A stretch of DNA of 64,000 bases from Glutamicibacter sp. (lineage in GTDB: Bacteria; Actinomycetota; Actinomycetes; Actinomycetales; Micrococcaceae), in contig NZ_JALDXV010000015.1 of NCBI RefSeq assembly GCF_032154645.1, forward strand, positions 5,742 to 69,741, in the 5' to 3' direction. How positions within the stretch are numbered: the stretch's first letter is position 1; every line of letters starts with the position of its first letter. Positions 42,771 to 54,051 of this stretch are shown piece by piece. Under the pieces are notes generated by a model. The model saw only the letters and a list, made by a program, of their open reading frames with translations, was not told the origin of the DNA and did not search any database. Made by a program: the position numbers and the translations under genes.

Positions 42771-45260
42771 TTATGGTGCTGGGACCACGTTCACGAGCTT
42801 CGGCGCACGCACGATGACCTTCAGCGGCTCCTTGCCGTCCAGCATGCGCACCACTGCCTCATGGGCCAGGGCCTGCTCGCGCAGCTCGTCCTCGGTGATG
42901 TCCACCGAGACCTCCAGGCGTGCCCGCACCTTGCCCTTGATCTGCACGACGGCGGTGATGGTGTCATCCACCAGCAGCGACTGATCGACCTGCGGCCAGG
43001 CGCTGGTGACGACGCTCGGTGCATAGCCCAGCGACTCCCACATGTCCTCGGCGGTGTACGGGGCGAACATGCTCAGCAGCTGGGCGACGACGGTGGCCGC
43101 CTCGCGCACCGCAGGATCAGCGGCCCCGGCACCGGAGTCGATGGTCTTGCGGGTCGCGTTAACCAGCTCCATGGTCTTGGCGATGACCACGTTGAACTTG
43201 CCCGAATCCAGCAGCGCGGCGGATTCGTGCACGGTGCGGTGGGTGACCTGGCGCAGCGCCTTGTCCCCGGCCGCGTAGTCCACGCCTGCCTCGCTGTCGG
43301 TGTCCTGGGCAATGCGCCAGGCGCGGGCCAGGAACTTCTGCGAGCCCGAAGGGGAAACGTCGGCCCAGTCCACATCGTCCTCGGGTGGCGAGGCGAAGAC
43401 CATGGTCAGGCGCACGGCATCCACGCCGAACTTATCAAGCTGCTGGCCCAGGTCCACGCCGTTGCCCAGCGACTTGCTCATGGCCTTGCCGCCGTTGAGC
43501 ACCTGTCCCTGGTTCAGCAGCGCGCCGAAAGGCTCGGAGGCGTCGACCAGGCCCAGATCATGCACAACCTTGGTGAAGAAGCGTGCGTAGAGCAGGTGCA
43601 GGATCGCGTGCTCCACGCCGCCCACATACTGGCCCACCGGCATCCAGTCGCGCACCGCCTTCGGGTCGAAGGGGCCTTCGGTGTAGTTCGGCGAGGTGAA
43701 GCGCAGGAAGTACCAGGAGGAATCCACGAAGGTGTCCATGGTGTCGGTGTCGCGCTTGGCATCCGCCCCGCAGGTCGGGCAGGCCACGTTGACCCAGTCC
43801 TCGGCGGCGGCCAGCGGGCTGGTACCTTTCGGTGCCAGCTGTTCGCCGCGCAGGTCATCCGGCAGGCGCACTGGCAGCTGATCCTCGGGAACCGGCACCT
43901 CGCCGCAGTGATCGCAGTGGATGATCGGGATCGGGGTGCCCCAGAAGCGCTGGCGGCTCAGCAGCCAGTCCCGCAGGCGGAAGTTCACCTTGTGCTCGCC
44001 GGTGCCGGCGGCTTCAACGATTTCGATGGCCTTGGCGATGGCGTCCACCTTGGTCAGGCCGGTCAGCTCGCCGGAGTTGACCAGCTGACCCTCGCCGGCG
44101 GTGGCGATGCCGGTCTCATTTGGGTCTTCCAAACCGGTGTCGACAACCACGCGCACCGGCAGGTCGAAGGCGCGGGCGAAGTCAAGGTCGCGCTGGTCGT
44201 GCGCCGGCACGGCCATGATCGCACCGGTGCCGTAGTCGGCCAGCACATAGTCAGCGGCCCAGATCGGCAGCTTCTCGCCGGACAGCGGGTTGATGCCAAA
44301 GCGCCCGGTGAACACACCTGTCTTTTCGCGTTCGGTGGACTGGCGCTCGATTTCGGAGAGCGCCTTGACCTGCTCCTGGTATTCCTCCAGGGCGGCGCGG
44401 TGCTCGTCGGTGACCAGCTCGCCGGCCAGATCGGCGTCGGCGGCGACCACCATGAAGGTGGCGCCGTACAGGGTGTCGGGGCGGGTGGTGAAGACCGGGA
44501 TCTTTACCGAAGGCTTGTCATCCTGTGCCTCGATTTCGAAGGTGACCTGGGCGCCCTCGGAACGGCCGATCCAGTTCTTCTGCATCAGCAGCACGCGCTC
44601 AGGCCAGTGGCCCTTGAGCTGCTCCATGTCCTCAAGCAGGCGGTCGGCGTACTCGGTGATCTTGAAGTACCACTGGTTCAGCGATTTCTTGGTCACCGGG
44701 GTGCCGCAGCGGTCGCAGACGCCGTTGACTACCTGCTCGTTGGCGAGCACGGTCTGGTCCTTCGGGCACCAATTGACCGGGTGGTCCTTGCGATAGGCAA
44801 GGCCCTTCTCGTAGAACTTGGTGAACAGCCACTGGGTCCAGCGGTAGTACTCCGGATCCGAGGTGTGCAGGCGGCGGGACCAGTCGGCCGAGATGGCGTA
44901 GCGCTTGAAGCTGCGGGCCTGGGTCTCGATGTTCTTGTAGGTCCATTCCTTCGGATGCTGGTTGTTCTTGATCGCAGCATTCTCTGCCGGAAGCCCGAAG
45001 GAGTCCCAGCCGATCGGGTGCATGACATCATAGCCGCGCAAGCGCCAGTACCGTGCGACGACGTCGCCCATGGCAAAAGCCTCGGCGTGCCCCATGTGCA
45101 GGTCGCCCGAGGGGTAAGGGAACATGTCCAAGACGTAGCGGCGTTCACGCGAGCCGTCGTCGGCGGGCTTGAACACCTCTAGCTCGTCCCAAACCGATAG
45201 CCACTTGGACTCGATGTCCTTGAAGTCGTAGGTTCTGGTCTCGTTCGTCGATGATGTCAC
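42771..45260 (-). CDS. leuS: Leucine--tRNA ligase
   Basis: HMGH and KMSKS signatures plus the CP1 editing domain. GTG 45260 gives the usual N-terminus ([10 protein letters not shown]); the longest ORF starts at 45365. Confidence 0.96.
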   Translation of the reverse strand: MTSSTNETRTYDFKDIESKWLSVWDELEVFKPADDGSRERRYVLDMFPYPSGDLHMGHAEAFAMGDVVARYWRLRGYDVMHPIGWDSFGLPAENAAIKNNQHPKEWTYKNIETQARSFKRYAISADWSRRLHTSDPEYYRWTQWLFTKFYEKGLAYRKDHPVNWCPKDQTVLANEQVVNGVCDRCGTPVTKKSLNQWYFKITEYADRLLEDMEQLKGHWPERVLLMQKNWIGRSEGAQVTFEIEAQDDKPSVKIPVFTTRPDTLYGATFMVVAADADLAGELVTDEHRAALEEYQEQVKALSEIERQSTEREKTGVFTGRFGINPLSGEKLPIWAADYVLADYGTGAIMAVPAHDQRDLDFARAFDLPVRVVVDTGLEDPNETGIATAGEGQLVNSGELTGLTKVDAIAKAIEIVEAAGTGEHKVNFRLRDWLLSRQRFWGTPIPIIHCDHCGEVPVPEDQLPVRLPDDLRGEQLAPKGTSPLAAAEDWVNVACPTCGADAKRDTDTMDTFVDSSWYFLRFTSPNYTEGPFDPKAVRDWMPVGQYVGGVEHAILHLLYARFFTKVVHDLGLVDASEPFGALLNQGQVLNGGKAMSKSLGNGVDLGQQLDKFGVDAVRLTMVFASPPEDDVDWADVSPSGSQKFLARAWRIAQDTDSEAGVDYAAGDKALRQVTHRTVHESAALLDSGKFNVVIAKTMELVNATRKTIDSGAGAADPAVREAATVVAQLLSMFAPYTAEDMWESLGYAPSVVTSAWPQVDQSLLVDDTITAVVQIKGKVRARLEVSVDITEDELREQALAHEAVVRMLDGKEPLKVIVRAPKLVNVVPAP

Positions 45261-45442
45261 TGAGCTCTTCTCACACGCTTGCGGAAAAATTTCCTGACGG
45301 AAAAACTTGTATTTGTATCCAGACACAACAAAAGCCCCCAAATTTCCACTCGGGGGTACGGCCATTGGCCGTGCTTAGACTAGGTTGCTCGCTGAATGCA
45401 TGCCCCGATTCTATCGCAGTTCTGCGCACGCACGTGCATTGG

Positions 45443-46183
45443 TTAAACCGCTGCGCCCAGTACCACCCGATGCGCTATCAAATACCGATACACGCCGGCC
45501 CAGTGCTGGCCGTGGCCCTGGGTATACATCGAGCCCCAGGGCTCGATCCCCGCCTCGTGCGATGAGCGCAGCAGCTCGTGCATCGCTGCAACCCGCGCGA
45601 TCATCGTTTCCATCAGCCGATCGGTCAGCTCCGCCTCGGCCCGATAACCGTGGACGAACGCGCTCAGGCGCCCTGCAGCCTCCCTTGGATCGGCGGATGG
45701 GTCGTTGACCGCGAAGCTCTGCGCCGCGTAGGCAAGATCCCACAGGCGGGTGCTGGGCGCCGCGGCATCCCAGTCGATGAATACCCATTGATCCGCGAGC
45801 ACCAGGTTCCACGGAGCTAGATCGTTATGGCACATCAGCTGCTGATCTGGGGCGGCGATCGGCGTGCAGAATTGATCCGACTGCTCCCAGCGGAATTCGG
45901 CGCTGGCATCGTGGATTTCCCGCACCATGGCGCCGGCCCGCCGCAGCTCTGGACCTCCGAATTCGGTGCAGTCCATGGCCAGCGTGCCGTCAATATACTC
46001 AAGGTTTTGCCTGCCGAGCTCATCGAACCCGTAATGTGCTGGCACCGGCACGTCGCGTCGGCGAAGGAATTCCATGTAGCGCATCACCACAGGGGTGGAT
46101 GCAGTCGCCGGCTTGCGCACGCTGGCACCGACGCGCACCACAACCCCGCTGGCGTTGCCGCCGCTTAGTTCAATTTCCTGCAT
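45443..46183 (-). CDS. Aminoglycoside/choline-kinase-like phosphotransferase (APH family)
   Basis: Catalytic loop CHNDLAPWNLV and metal-binding FIDWD. 246 aa. Confidence 0.8.
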   Translation of the reverse strand: MQEIELSGGNASGVVVRVGASVRKPATASTPVVMRYMEFLRRRDVPVPAHYGFDELGRQNLEYIDGTLAMDCTEFGGPELRRAGAMVREIHDASAEFRWEQSDQFCTPIAAPDQQLMCHNDLAPWNLVLADQWVFIDWDAAAPSTRLWDLAYAAQSFAVNDPSADPREAAGRLSAFVHGYRAEAELTDRLMETMIARVAAMHELLRSSHEAGIEPWGSMYTQGHGQHWAGVYRYLIAHRVVLGAAV

Positions 46184-46257
46184 ATGGCCAGCTTAGGTTA
46201 TCCACAAGCAGCGGCGTCCACCCCGCTGTCCGCCGCGGGGTACCACATCCTAGGAGC

Positions 46258-47907
46258 ATGAACTACCAGGCCTATCTCAACGCGCTGCACCTTCTGTGCG
46301 CGACGCCCCTGCAGCTGGGAGCGCAGCTGAGCTGTGCCGCTCTGTTGCGGCTGGGTGAAATGTGTTTGAGCCTCTTCACGGCCATCGGCGACGTGGTTCA
46401 TGATCGTCAGGATCCCCGCTTGAGCCTGGCCTATGCGCAACTGGTCGAAATTTTCGCCCGCAGGGTGCACCGCGAGCAGCTTGCCGCCGCCCTGGATCTA
46501 GAAGTCAGCGGCGCCAATGCACTAAGCCTTCCGGTCCTGGACTCGATTCGTAGGGGCGACGCAGATTTCAGCGAAGAGCCGGAGCGGACGCAAGGCAAAC
46601 CCTGCTACCGCAGCGCCGAGGATCTTCTGGCGGCCTGGCTGCACATCAACTATTTCGCGGCTGCCGCCAGATTTTCCGACGCGCACTTGCTCGTCGGCAG
46701 ACGGACTGTGCAGGGCACCGTGGCGCCGCCGCGCATGCCGAACCTGGCAAGGCTCTGCGAAGCCGGGGCCACTGATCCGCAACAGCTGATATCCACCGCG
46801 CGCAAGTTGGCGAAGCTGGAACCGAAGGACCTGATTTTTGAAGGAACGCAGATCGATTTGCAGGCAGAAGACGAGGACGGGGTCCTGCTGGAAGAACGCT
46901 GTGCACAGAACTTGGCGTCTCTGGGCCCGCGTTCTGCCCGCAAACAGATCAGCACGGCGCTTTCGCACTATATTTCGCAGCACAGCGAAGAGCTCCCGCC
47001 GCCGCGGGGACTGTTCATCGGCCCGGTAAAATTAGGTGTGCATGAATTCAAGTTGCGCACTACAGCGGCTCAAGCACAGGTGCTGCACTCGATTATTGCC
47101 CAGGCCTCTTCTCGCCGCACCGAATCCGGACGCAACGCCGGAACTAGCCAGCCCGGGCCGGAGCCTTCGGTCCCCGAGTGGCTGATTGCCGATGCGCCCA
47201 TGCCCGAATGGGCCGCGCCGTATGCATCAGAAGACCCAAGACCGGCGGGAGCGTACCCCGAACAGCAACCGGCCAACGACGCCGAGGCTGAAGTGGACCC
47301 GCCGCTGCGCAAGCTCAACGCCGTGATGGCTAAACTCGGCAGCAGGCCCGGCGCTGGAGATTCGACTTGCATCACGCCACGGGTCGTCGTCTACATGTGG
47401 CTGCACGACCTGTACCACCTTGCCAGAACCCACGGGATCACCTCGAATTCCGTGCGCATCCCACCTGGGGAACTGCGCCGGATTCTGGCAAGCGCGAATA
47501 TCATCCCCATTGTTTTGGGCGGAAACTCGCAGCCGCTGGACGTGGGCAGGGCCAAGCGATTCCACGTCGGTGCGATCAGAACCGCCATTATGGCCCGCGA
47601 CCGCGGCTGCATCGTCCCAGACTGCACCACTGCACCGGATCAGGTCGAGATCGATCACTACAAACGCCCTTGGGCTGAAGGCGGTACGACGAGCGTCGAC
47701 TCGGGTGCCGCGATATGCACCGATGGGCATCACAGCCGCCATGTGGGACAGATCAAGATCGTCGATGTTGGGGGCCTGCCGCATGTCATCCTGCCAAAAC
47801 ACATCGACCCCGAGCAGATTCCTCGTCGCAACACCTATTGGGACGGGCTGCAGTTGGGCGATGCCCCGGACTATCCAGGCCCGATCGAAGACGAACCGCC
47901 TGGCTGA
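46258..47907 (+). CDS. DUF222-domain protein with a C-terminal HNH endonuclease motif
   Basis: The C-terminus (DRGCIVPDCTTAPDQVEIDHYKRPWAEGGTTSVDSGAAICTDGHHSRH) is an HNH motif, and the N-terminal helical region is DUF222-like. The start is set at ATG 46258, because the longest ORF overlaps the divergent APH gene. Confidence 0.8.
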   Translation: MNYQAYLNALHLLCATPLQLGAQLSCAALLRLGEMCLSLFTAIGDVVHDRQDPRLSLAYAQLVEIFARRVHREQLAAALDLEVSGANALSLPVLDSIRRGDADFSEEPERTQGKPCYRSAEDLLAAWLHINYFAAAARFSDAHLLVGRRTVQGTVAPPRMPNLARLCEAGATDPQQLISTARKLAKLEPKDLIFEGTQIDLQAEDEDGVLLEERCAQNLASLGPRSARKQISTALSHYISQHSEELPPPRGLFIGPVKLGVHEFKLRTTAAQAQVLHSIIAQASSRRTESGRNAGTSQPGPEPSVPEWLIADAPMPEWAAPYASEDPRPAGAYPEQQPANDAEAEVDPPLRKLNAVMAKLGSRPGAGDSTCITPRVVVYMWLHDLYHLARTHGITSNSVRIPPGELRRILASANIIPIVLGGNSQPLDVGRAKRFHVGAIRTAIMARDRGCIVPDCTTAPDQVEIDHYKRPWAEGGTTSVDSGAAICTDGHHSRHVGQIKIVDVGGLPHVILPKHIDPEQIPRRNTYWDGLQLGDAPDYPGPIEDEPPG

Positions 47908-47936
47908 CGTCCGTGCTCAACGGCAGCCTTTAAACA

Positions 47937-47968
47937 GCTTAAGGTCCGGGCGCTGCCGGACCTTAAGC
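47937..47968. terminator. Bidirectional stem-loop between the HNH gene and glpK
   Basis: gcttaaggtccgg / ccggaccttaagc, a 13-bp perfect stem with a 6-nt loop. Confidence 0.8.
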
Positions 47969-47982
47969 TAGAACTTGATTAG

Positions 47983-49503
47983 TTAGGCCTTGGTGTCTTC
48001 ATCCACCCAGTCGAAGGTTCGAGTGACAGCCTTCTTCCATAGGCGGAGGCTGCGTTCGCGTTCTTCCTCGGCAAGGGCGGGAATCCATCGTTTGTCCTCG
48101 GACCAATTGGCTTCAAGCTCCCCAAGATCCTTCCAGAATCCGACGGCCAGTCCGGCCGCATAGGCGGCGCCCAGCGCGGTGGTTTCCGTAACCTTCGGAC
48201 GAACCACCGGAACCCCCAGGATATCTGCCTGGAACTGCATGAGCTGCTCGTTGGCGACCATGCCGCCGTCGACCTTCAACTCGGTCAGCGGCACCTCCGC
48301 GTCGGCGTTCACCGCGTCGAGGACCTCGCGGGTCTGGAATGCTGTCGACTCCAGCGCCGCGCGGGCGATGTGGTTCTTGTTCGCGAAGCGGGTCAGGCCC
48401 ACAATTGCGCCGCGCGCATCGGAACGCCAGTAGGGGGCAAACAAGCCTGAGAATGCCGGGACGATGTATACGCCGCCGTTGTCCTCGACCTGGTTCGCCA
48501 GTTCTTCGATCTCCGGCGCGGTGGCGATCATGCCGATGTTGTCCCGTAGCCACTGCACCAGGGAACCTGCCACGGCAATTGAACCTTCCAGCGCGTACAC
48601 GGGCGCGGAGTCACCCAACTTATAGGCCATGGTCGTGATCAGTCCGTTGCTGGAATTCACAATCTCGGTGCCGGTGTTGAAGATCAGGAAGCAGCCGGTG
48701 CCGTAGGTATTCTTCGCCGTGCCAGCCGTGAACGCCGCCTGTCCGAAGGTCGCCGCCTGCTGGTCGCCGAGGATGCCGGCTACCGGTACCTCGCGCAACA
48801 GCTGGTTGGAAGCGACCGTGCCGTAGACCTCGGAAGAGGACTTGATTTCCGGCATCATGGACACCGGCACACCAAAGTCAGCCATGATCTGTTCATCCCA
48901 GCTCAGTGTTTTCAGGTCCATGAACAGGGTGCGCGACGCATTGGTCACGTCGGTGACGTGTACACCACCCTCGGGTCCGCCCGTCAAATTCCACAGGACC
49001 CAGGTATCGGTGGTTCCGAAAAGCAGGTCACCCGACTCGGCCCGCTCGCGGGCGCCTTCGACATTATCGAGGATCCATTTGATCTTGGTGCCGGAAAAAT
49101 ACGTTGCCAGCGGCAGCCCGACGGTCTGCTTATAGCGTTCGATCCCTCCGTCGGCCGCGAGTTCGTCGACAATGTCCTGGGTGCGGGTATCCTGCCACAC
49201 GATCGCGTTGTAGACGGCTTCGCCGGTATTTTTATCCCACACCACCGTGGTTTCACGCTGGTTGGTAATGCCGACGACCTCAATGTCGTGGCGCGTTAGG
49301 TTTGCCGTCGACAGGGCGGTGCCGATCACTTCGCGTACGTTGACCCAGATCTCTTCCGGATTGTGCTCAACCCACCCCGCGGCGGGAAAGATTTGCTCGT
49401 GTTCCTTTTGGCCCACCGAAACGACTTCGCCCGCATGGTCGAAGACGATGGCGCGGGAACTGGTGGTTCCTTGGTCAATTGCGATGACGTATTTTTTGCT
49501 CAT
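47983..49503 (-). CDS. glpK: Glycerol kinase
   Basis: [17 protein letters not shown] and the FGGY kinase motifs. ATG 49503; a TTG lies 2 codons upstream. Confidence 0.96.
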   Translation of the reverse strand: MSKKYVIAIDQGTTSSRAIVFDHAGEVVSVGQKEHEQIFPAAGWVEHNPEEIWVNVREVIGTALSTANLTRHDIEVVGITNQRETTVVWDKNTGEAVYNAIVWQDTRTQDIVDELAADGGIERYKQTVGLPLATYFSGTKIKWILDNVEGARERAESGDLLFGTTDTWVLWNLTGGPEGGVHVTDVTNASRTLFMDLKTLSWDEQIMADFGVPVSMMPEIKSSSEVYGTVASNQLLREVPVAGILGDQQAATFGQAAFTAGTAKNTYGTGCFLIFNTGTEIVNSSNGLITTMAYKLGDSAPVYALEGSIAVAGSLVQWLRDNIGMIATAPEIEELANQVEDNGGVYIVPAFSGLFAPYWRSDARGAIVGLTRFANKNHIARAALESTAFQTREVLDAVNADAEVPLTELKVDGGMVANEQLMQFQADILGVPVVRPKVTETTALGAAYAAGLAVGFWKDLGELEANWSEDKRWIPALAEEERERSLRLWKKAVTRTFDWVDEDTKA

Positions 49504-49533
49504 GGTCAATTAACTTTCTCTTTTTCGATGGGG

Positions 49534-50262
49534 CTACAGCAGTCCGGCCACGGCTACGCCGCCCAGGGCGCCGCCCAACAGCGGACCTACGACGGGAACC
49601 CAGGAGTAGGCCCAGTCAGAAGTACCCTTGTTGGGAATCGGCAGTACCGCGTGGGCAATACGCGGCGCGAGGTCACGCGCTGGATTGATAGCGTATCCCG
49701 TAGGGCCGCCCAAAGACAGACCGATGGCGACAACCAGCAGGCCAACGGCCAGCGGGCCGAGCTGATGAGGCGTGCTGCCGAATCCACCGATGACAAATAC
49801 CAGCACGAAGGTGCCGATGACTTCGGTGACGACGTTCCAACCATAGGAACGGATAGCCGGGCCGGTGGCGAATACTCCCAGCACCTTGCCGTGATTCGCT
49901 TCGTCGTCGAAATGCTTCTTATAGGCGAGCCACGCGGTCACCGCTCCGAGGAAGGCGCCGATGAATTGGGCGAGAACGTAGAGCAGTACGTTGACGATGG
50001 TCTTGTCGACGCCAGGAGCTAGCTCCGTTGCATCTGAGTTGAGCATGAGCCCGACGGTGACAGCAGGATTAAGGTGCGAACCGGATGGGGCTGAGACCCA
50101 CACGCCGCAGAACACTGCCAGACCCCAGCCGAAGCTGATGGAGATCCAGCCGGCGGCGCTGCCAAGGGTGCCTTTCATTGATACGTTGGCGCAGACACCG
50201 GCGCCCATGAGGATGAGGACAAAGGTTCCGATCACTTCGGAAAGAAACACATGAGTGGACAA
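49534..50262 (-). CDS. glpF: Aquaglyceroporin / glycerol uptake facilitator (MIP family)
   Basis: Two NPA boxes (NPAVT and NPARD) and 6 TM helices. TTG start 6 nt after SD agggg. Confidence 0.93.
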   Translation of the reverse strand: MSTHVFLSEVIGTFVLILMGAGVCANVSMKGTLGSAAGWISISFGWGLAVFCGVWVSAPSGSHLNPAVTVGLMLNSDATELAPGVDKTIVNVLLYVLAQFIGAFLGAVTAWLAYKKHFDDEANHGKVLGVFATGPAIRSYGWNVVTEVIGTFVLVFVIGGFGSTPHQLGPLAVGLLVVAIGLSLGGPTGYAINPARDLAPRIAHAVLPIPNKGTSDWAYSWVPVVGPLLGGALGGVAVAGLL

Positions 50263-50324
50263 CGGCGACCCCTAAGTGACTTCGTCTTCGGCCGACGGCG
50301 ATCTGCCGCCGGCCGCGGCGCGGA

Positions 50325-52001
50325 CTAGACCAGGGTGACTCCGTGGCCTTCCGCGAGGACCGAGAGCGAATGGTCGATCTCGGTTTGGGTCTGAGACTTG
50401 TCCCAGCCCATTGGTCCGGCGAGGTTTTGTGCAACCTCGGTGACCAGGTCTTTGCTAACCAAGCCGCGGAAGGCAAGGTTGGTGCGGCGGATGAACACGT
50501 CGATCAGGCGGCCCACCTGCTCGTTGGCGGCCATGTAGGTGATTTCTTGGACCGAAAGTTCGGAGGAATTCTCCAATAGCTGGTCGTCGTCGAGCTGGTC
50601 GAGCACTGAATCTGCGCCTGTTCCATAGCGTTCAAGCAACACGCGCAGGCGTTCGCGTCCTGCCAAGTGTTCGCGTGCGGCAAACCAGGCTGCCAGCTCC
50701 CCCTCATTCTTGGGGTAGTTCTTTCCGCCGCCGATGGCGACTCCCGCGGTGCTTGCAACTTCACGTTCGCCGAGGAATTCCAGCGCTTTGCCGCCGAGGT
50801 TTTCGCTCAGTGCACGGAAGGTCGTCCACTTGCCGCCGATCAGCGAGAGCATCGTGGTCTTATCCGTCAGGCGGGTTTCTTTCACCTGGTAGTCGCGCGA
50901 AACAAATCCTGGGGCCGTGTCGTCGTGGTTTGGCAGCGGGCGAACCCCGGAGAACTTGTAGACGATCTGCTCTTCGCTGACCTTGATTCCGGGGAAGACA
51001 TGGTGGACCAGCTCGAAGAAGTAGTCGACCTCTTCGTCGGTGCATACTGCCGGCTCGTTCATGTTGTGCTCAAGGTCGGTGGTGCCCACCAGTACGCGGC
51101 CAAGCATCGGGTAGATCAGCACGATGCGTCCATCTTCGTGTTCGAAGAAGATCTCACGGCCGCCGGTGGCCGCCAGCAGCTCAGGGTGGTCCAGGACGAT
51201 GTGCGAACCCTTGGTTCCTCCGGTCCATCTGGTCTCACGGCCCAGTTCCTTGTTAGTCAAATCCACCCAGGCGCCGGTGGCGTTGATGATTACGTCGGCA
51301 TCGAAGTCGAAAGCTTCACCGGTGAGGACATCGCGCAGCTTCGCGGTGCCTGACTCCACTCCTGCAAGCTCGACGTAGTTGCTGGCGCGGGCCAAGGGGC
51401 TGGCCTTCAGCCCCTCTTGCAGCACATCAAGCGTGAGCCGCTCGGGGTTGTGCACCGATGCATCGAAGTAGGTTGCCGTGTACTTCACATCGTCGCGCAA
51501 GGCAGGAAGATCCCTGCGGGCTGCCTTGCCGGACTTGAAATTGTGCCAAGGGGTGTTGCGCCCGCCGACGCCTGCGAACACGTCATACATGATCAGGCCG
51601 GCCTTGATCAGGGCGGCGCCGCGTTCGGTGGGCTTGCCCGACTTGTGGGTCAAAAAGCGCATCGGGGCTGAGAGAATGCCGGAAAATGTCGAGAAGATGG
51701 GGATGGTGGTCTGCAGCGGCTTGACGTAGTGGGGTGCAATTTCAAGCAGCGAGTTGCGCTCCTGCACGGACTCGTGAACCAGGCGGAATTCGCCGTTTTC
51801 CAGGTAGCGGATGCCTCCATGGATCATATGCGAGCTGGCGCCGGATGCTCCCTGGCAGTAGTCGCCGCGCTCAACCAGTGCTACGTCGATTCCTTGCATC
51901 GCCAGATAGCGGAACGTAGCGACACCGTTGATTCCTCCGCCGACGACAAGAACGCGCGCCTGTGGTCGTTCACGCAGTTTGGTCAGCTGTTCCCGAGTCA
52001 C
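50325..52001 (-). CDS. glpD: FAD-dependent glycerol-3-phosphate dehydrogenase
   Basis: N-terminal VLVVGGGINGVAT dinucleotide fold, 558 aa, first gene of glpD-glpF-glpK. GTG start. Confidence 0.93.
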   Translation of the reverse strand: MTREQLTKLRERPQARVLVVGGGINGVATFRYLAMQGIDVALVERGDYCQGASGASSHMIHGGIRYLENGEFRLVHESVQERNSLLEIAPHYVKPLQTTIPIFSTFSGILSAPMRFLTHKSGKPTERGAALIKAGLIMYDVFAGVGGRNTPWHNFKSGKAARRDLPALRDDVKYTATYFDASVHNPERLTLDVLQEGLKASPLARASNYVELAGVESGTAKLRDVLTGEAFDFDADVIINATGAWVDLTNKELGRETRWTGGTKGSHIVLDHPELLAATGGREIFFEHEDGRIVLIYPMLGRVLVGTTDLEHNMNEPAVCTDEEVDYFFELVHHVFPGIKVSEEQIVYKFSGVRPLPNHDDTAPGFVSRDYQVKETRLTDKTTMLSLIGGKWTTFRALSENLGGKALEFLGEREVASTAGVAIGGGKNYPKNEGELAAWFAAREHLAGRERLRVLLERYGTGADSVLDQLDDDQLLENSSELSVQEITYMAANEQVGRLIDVFIRRTNLAFRGLVSKDLVTEVAQNLAGPMGWDKSQTQTEIDHSLSVLAEGHGVTLV

Positions 52002-52108
52002 GATTATCTGCCCCTTTGTAACGTTGGAGTGGTACTACCGGTTAGTGTTGTCTCAGCGCAGTAATGCGGTCAAATGATTTGCACAAACGTGCAGAAATGG
52101 TCTGATTG

Positions 52109-53116
52109 ATGTCTAAACCACCGTCTGGCGGGCCCTATAAGCGCCCCCTACTTGGCACATCTGTGCAGAGCACGCCCAAGGCGAAGGATGCCCTGCGCGC
52201 CGCCCAGTTGTACTACCTGCAGGACATGAAAATGGAGATGATCGCGAAGGAACTTGGAACCTCGCGGTCGACAATTTCCCGCTTGTTGAGCCACGCCAAA
52301 CGCACAGGCATGGTCTCCGTCACCATCTCCCCCAGCGCAAACATGTCGGCACTGCTCTCCAACCAGCTTGCTGAAAACTACGGCATCACGGCCCATGTCG
52401 TTCCCACCGACGGATTGATGGACGATGCGGAACTTCTTTCCCGTGTCGCGGCCCACGCGGCGCACCTGCTGGGAACGATAGTCTCGTCGTCAATGACGGT
52501 GGGCGTTGCCTGGGGTTCCACGATGCAGGCGGTATCGTCAGCACTGAGCCCGCACCCGACCCATGATTCGGTAATTGTGCAGCTCAACGGTGCTGCAAAC
52601 CCGGTGACAAGCGGCGTGCGCTATGCCAATGACATCCTCACACGCTTTGGACAGGCATTTACCGCCCGCACCGAACAGTTTCCCGTGCCAGCATTTTTTG
52701 ACAGGGCATCTACACGCGAGGCCATGTGGCAAGAAACCTCGGTGCGCCGAGTGCTGAAGGTGCAGCAAGAAATGAACCTCGCCGTGTTTTCACTGGGTGC
52801 CGCGCGCTCAGCGGTGGCGTCTCAGGTCTATCGCGGTGGCTATCTGTCGCCCGCTGAATCAGCTGCGCTGCAAAGCAAGGGCGTAGTGGGAGATGTTGCA
52901 ACGGTGTTCTTCGACAAGCATGGGGACAGCAGCCAGATTGAGTTTAATGCGCGGGCTACGGGACCGAACCTCGACGATCTACGCAAGGTTCCGCAGCGTT
53001 TCTGCGTCATTTCCGGCCGTGGCAAGATCGATGCCCTGCGAGGTGCCCTCAACGGCGGGTTGATCACCGATTTAGTCCTCGACGAGGGAACCGCGCTAAG
53101 GCTGTTGGACGGGTAG
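52109..53116 (+). CDS. SorC/DeoR-type sugar-binding transcriptional regulator
   Basis: N-terminal HTH (MEMIAKELGTSRSTISRLLSHAK) and a C-terminal sugar-phosphate-binding domain. It is divergent from glpD. Confidence 0.85.
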   Translation: MSKPPSGGPYKRPLLGTSVQSTPKAKDALRAAQLYYLQDMKMEMIAKELGTSRSTISRLLSHAKRTGMVSVTISPSANMSALLSNQLAENYGITAHVVPTDGLMDDAELLSRVAAHAAHLLGTIVSSSMTVGVAWGSTMQAVSSALSPHPTHDSVIVQLNGAANPVTSGVRYANDILTRFGQAFTARTEQFPVPAFFDRASTREAMWQETSVRRVLKVQQEMNLAVFSLGAARSAVASQVYRGGYLSPAESAALQSKGVVGDVATVFFDKHGDSSQIEFNARATGPNLDDLRKVPQRFCVISGRGKIDALRGALNGGLITDLVLDEGTALRLLDG

Positions 53117-53126
53117 GATTTTGACT

Positions 53127-53999
53127 ATGAGCTCACCGCGCGAACTTGTTGTTTCCACCCACCACCTGGCCGGATCTAAGCTTAAAGTCTTCAACTATCT
53201 TTCAACGCTGTCGCAGCCCGCGGGCGTGATATTTGCAGTACATGGATTCCGCGGCGATCATCATGGGCTTGAGCGCATTATTTCGAATCTTCCCGAATAC
53301 ACCGTCGTCGTGCCCGACCTGCCGGGCTTTGGGGCGTCCAGTTCGATGACTGAGCTGGCACACGATGTGCAGGGCTATGCAGAGGTTCTGCTGCTGCTCC
53401 TGGAAGACCTGGAGCTCGGTGCCGGAACGCATCTTCTAGGTCATTCCTTTGGCTCCATCGTTGCCGCGAAGCTGGCTACCCTTCGCGAGTTTTCTACGCT
53501 GACGCTCCTGAACCCGATCTCGGAGCCAGCACTTGAATCTTCGCAGGCATTTCTGGCCAAACTGACGAGTTTCTACTATTCAACCTGCGCGAAGCTTCCT
53601 GCCGGGATCGGTGAACCAGCGCTGCGTTCAAAGCTGTTTACCGACTCAATGAGCCTGGTGATGACCAAGAGCAGGGATCCCCAGATGCGCCGATACGTCC
53701 GCGAACAGCATCGGGCATATTTCGGCGGATTCCACTCGCGGGCGACGCTTGCACAATCCTACGACGCATCGATCAATCACACGGTGGGCGAATACTCCCC
53801 CGAGATCGCCGTCAGCACCCTCATGATCGGAGGCATGCGAGATGAGTTGGGCAGTCCAGCTACCCAAGAGGCATTGCGTGCAAGCTTTGCCGAGGCGCAA
53901 CTGATCATGCTTGAGAACGTCGGGCACCTGATCCACTACGAGAAGGCGCCGGAGGTCGCTGCCGCGGTGCGAGAATTTCTTGTGCTGCAGTCCAAATAG
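53127..53999 (+). CDS. Alpha/beta hydrolase
   Basis: HGFRG oxyanion region, GHSFGS nucleophile elbow and a C-terminal GHLIHYE histidine motif. Confidence 0.82.
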   Translation: MSSPRELVVSTHHLAGSKLKVFNYLSTLSQPAGVIFAVHGFRGDHHGLERIISNLPEYTVVVPDLPGFGASSSMTELAHDVQGYAEVLLLLLEDLELGAGTHLLGHSFGSIVAAKLATLREFSTLTLLNPISEPALESSQAFLAKLTSFYYSTCAKLPAGIGEPALRSKLFTDSMSLVMTKSRDPQMRRYVREQHRAYFGGFHSRATLAQSYDASINHTVGEYSPEIAVSTLMIGGMRDELGSPATQEALRASFAEAQLIMLENVGHLIHYEKAPEVAAAVREFLVLQSK

Positions 54000-54051
54000 T
54001 CGATGCGGCTGATTGGGCAAGAAGGTGCGAGGCGTTCCTCAGGGTTCAGCT

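Noticed and set aside
41512-42817. ORFs 41512..42090 (-, 192 aa) and 41765..42817 (+, 350 aa) in the comEA/degV region.
   Set aside because: They are alternative-frame or antisense reads of comEA and degV, with Arg/Pro/Ser- or Gly/Arg-rich composition. The DegV and ComEA frames carry family motifs.
42861-45182. 773-aa + strand ORF.
   Set aside because: It is antisense to leuS, which carries HMGH and KMSKS. Its composition is repetitive and Gly/Ala/Val/Arg/His-rich with no motif. It is a shadow ORF.
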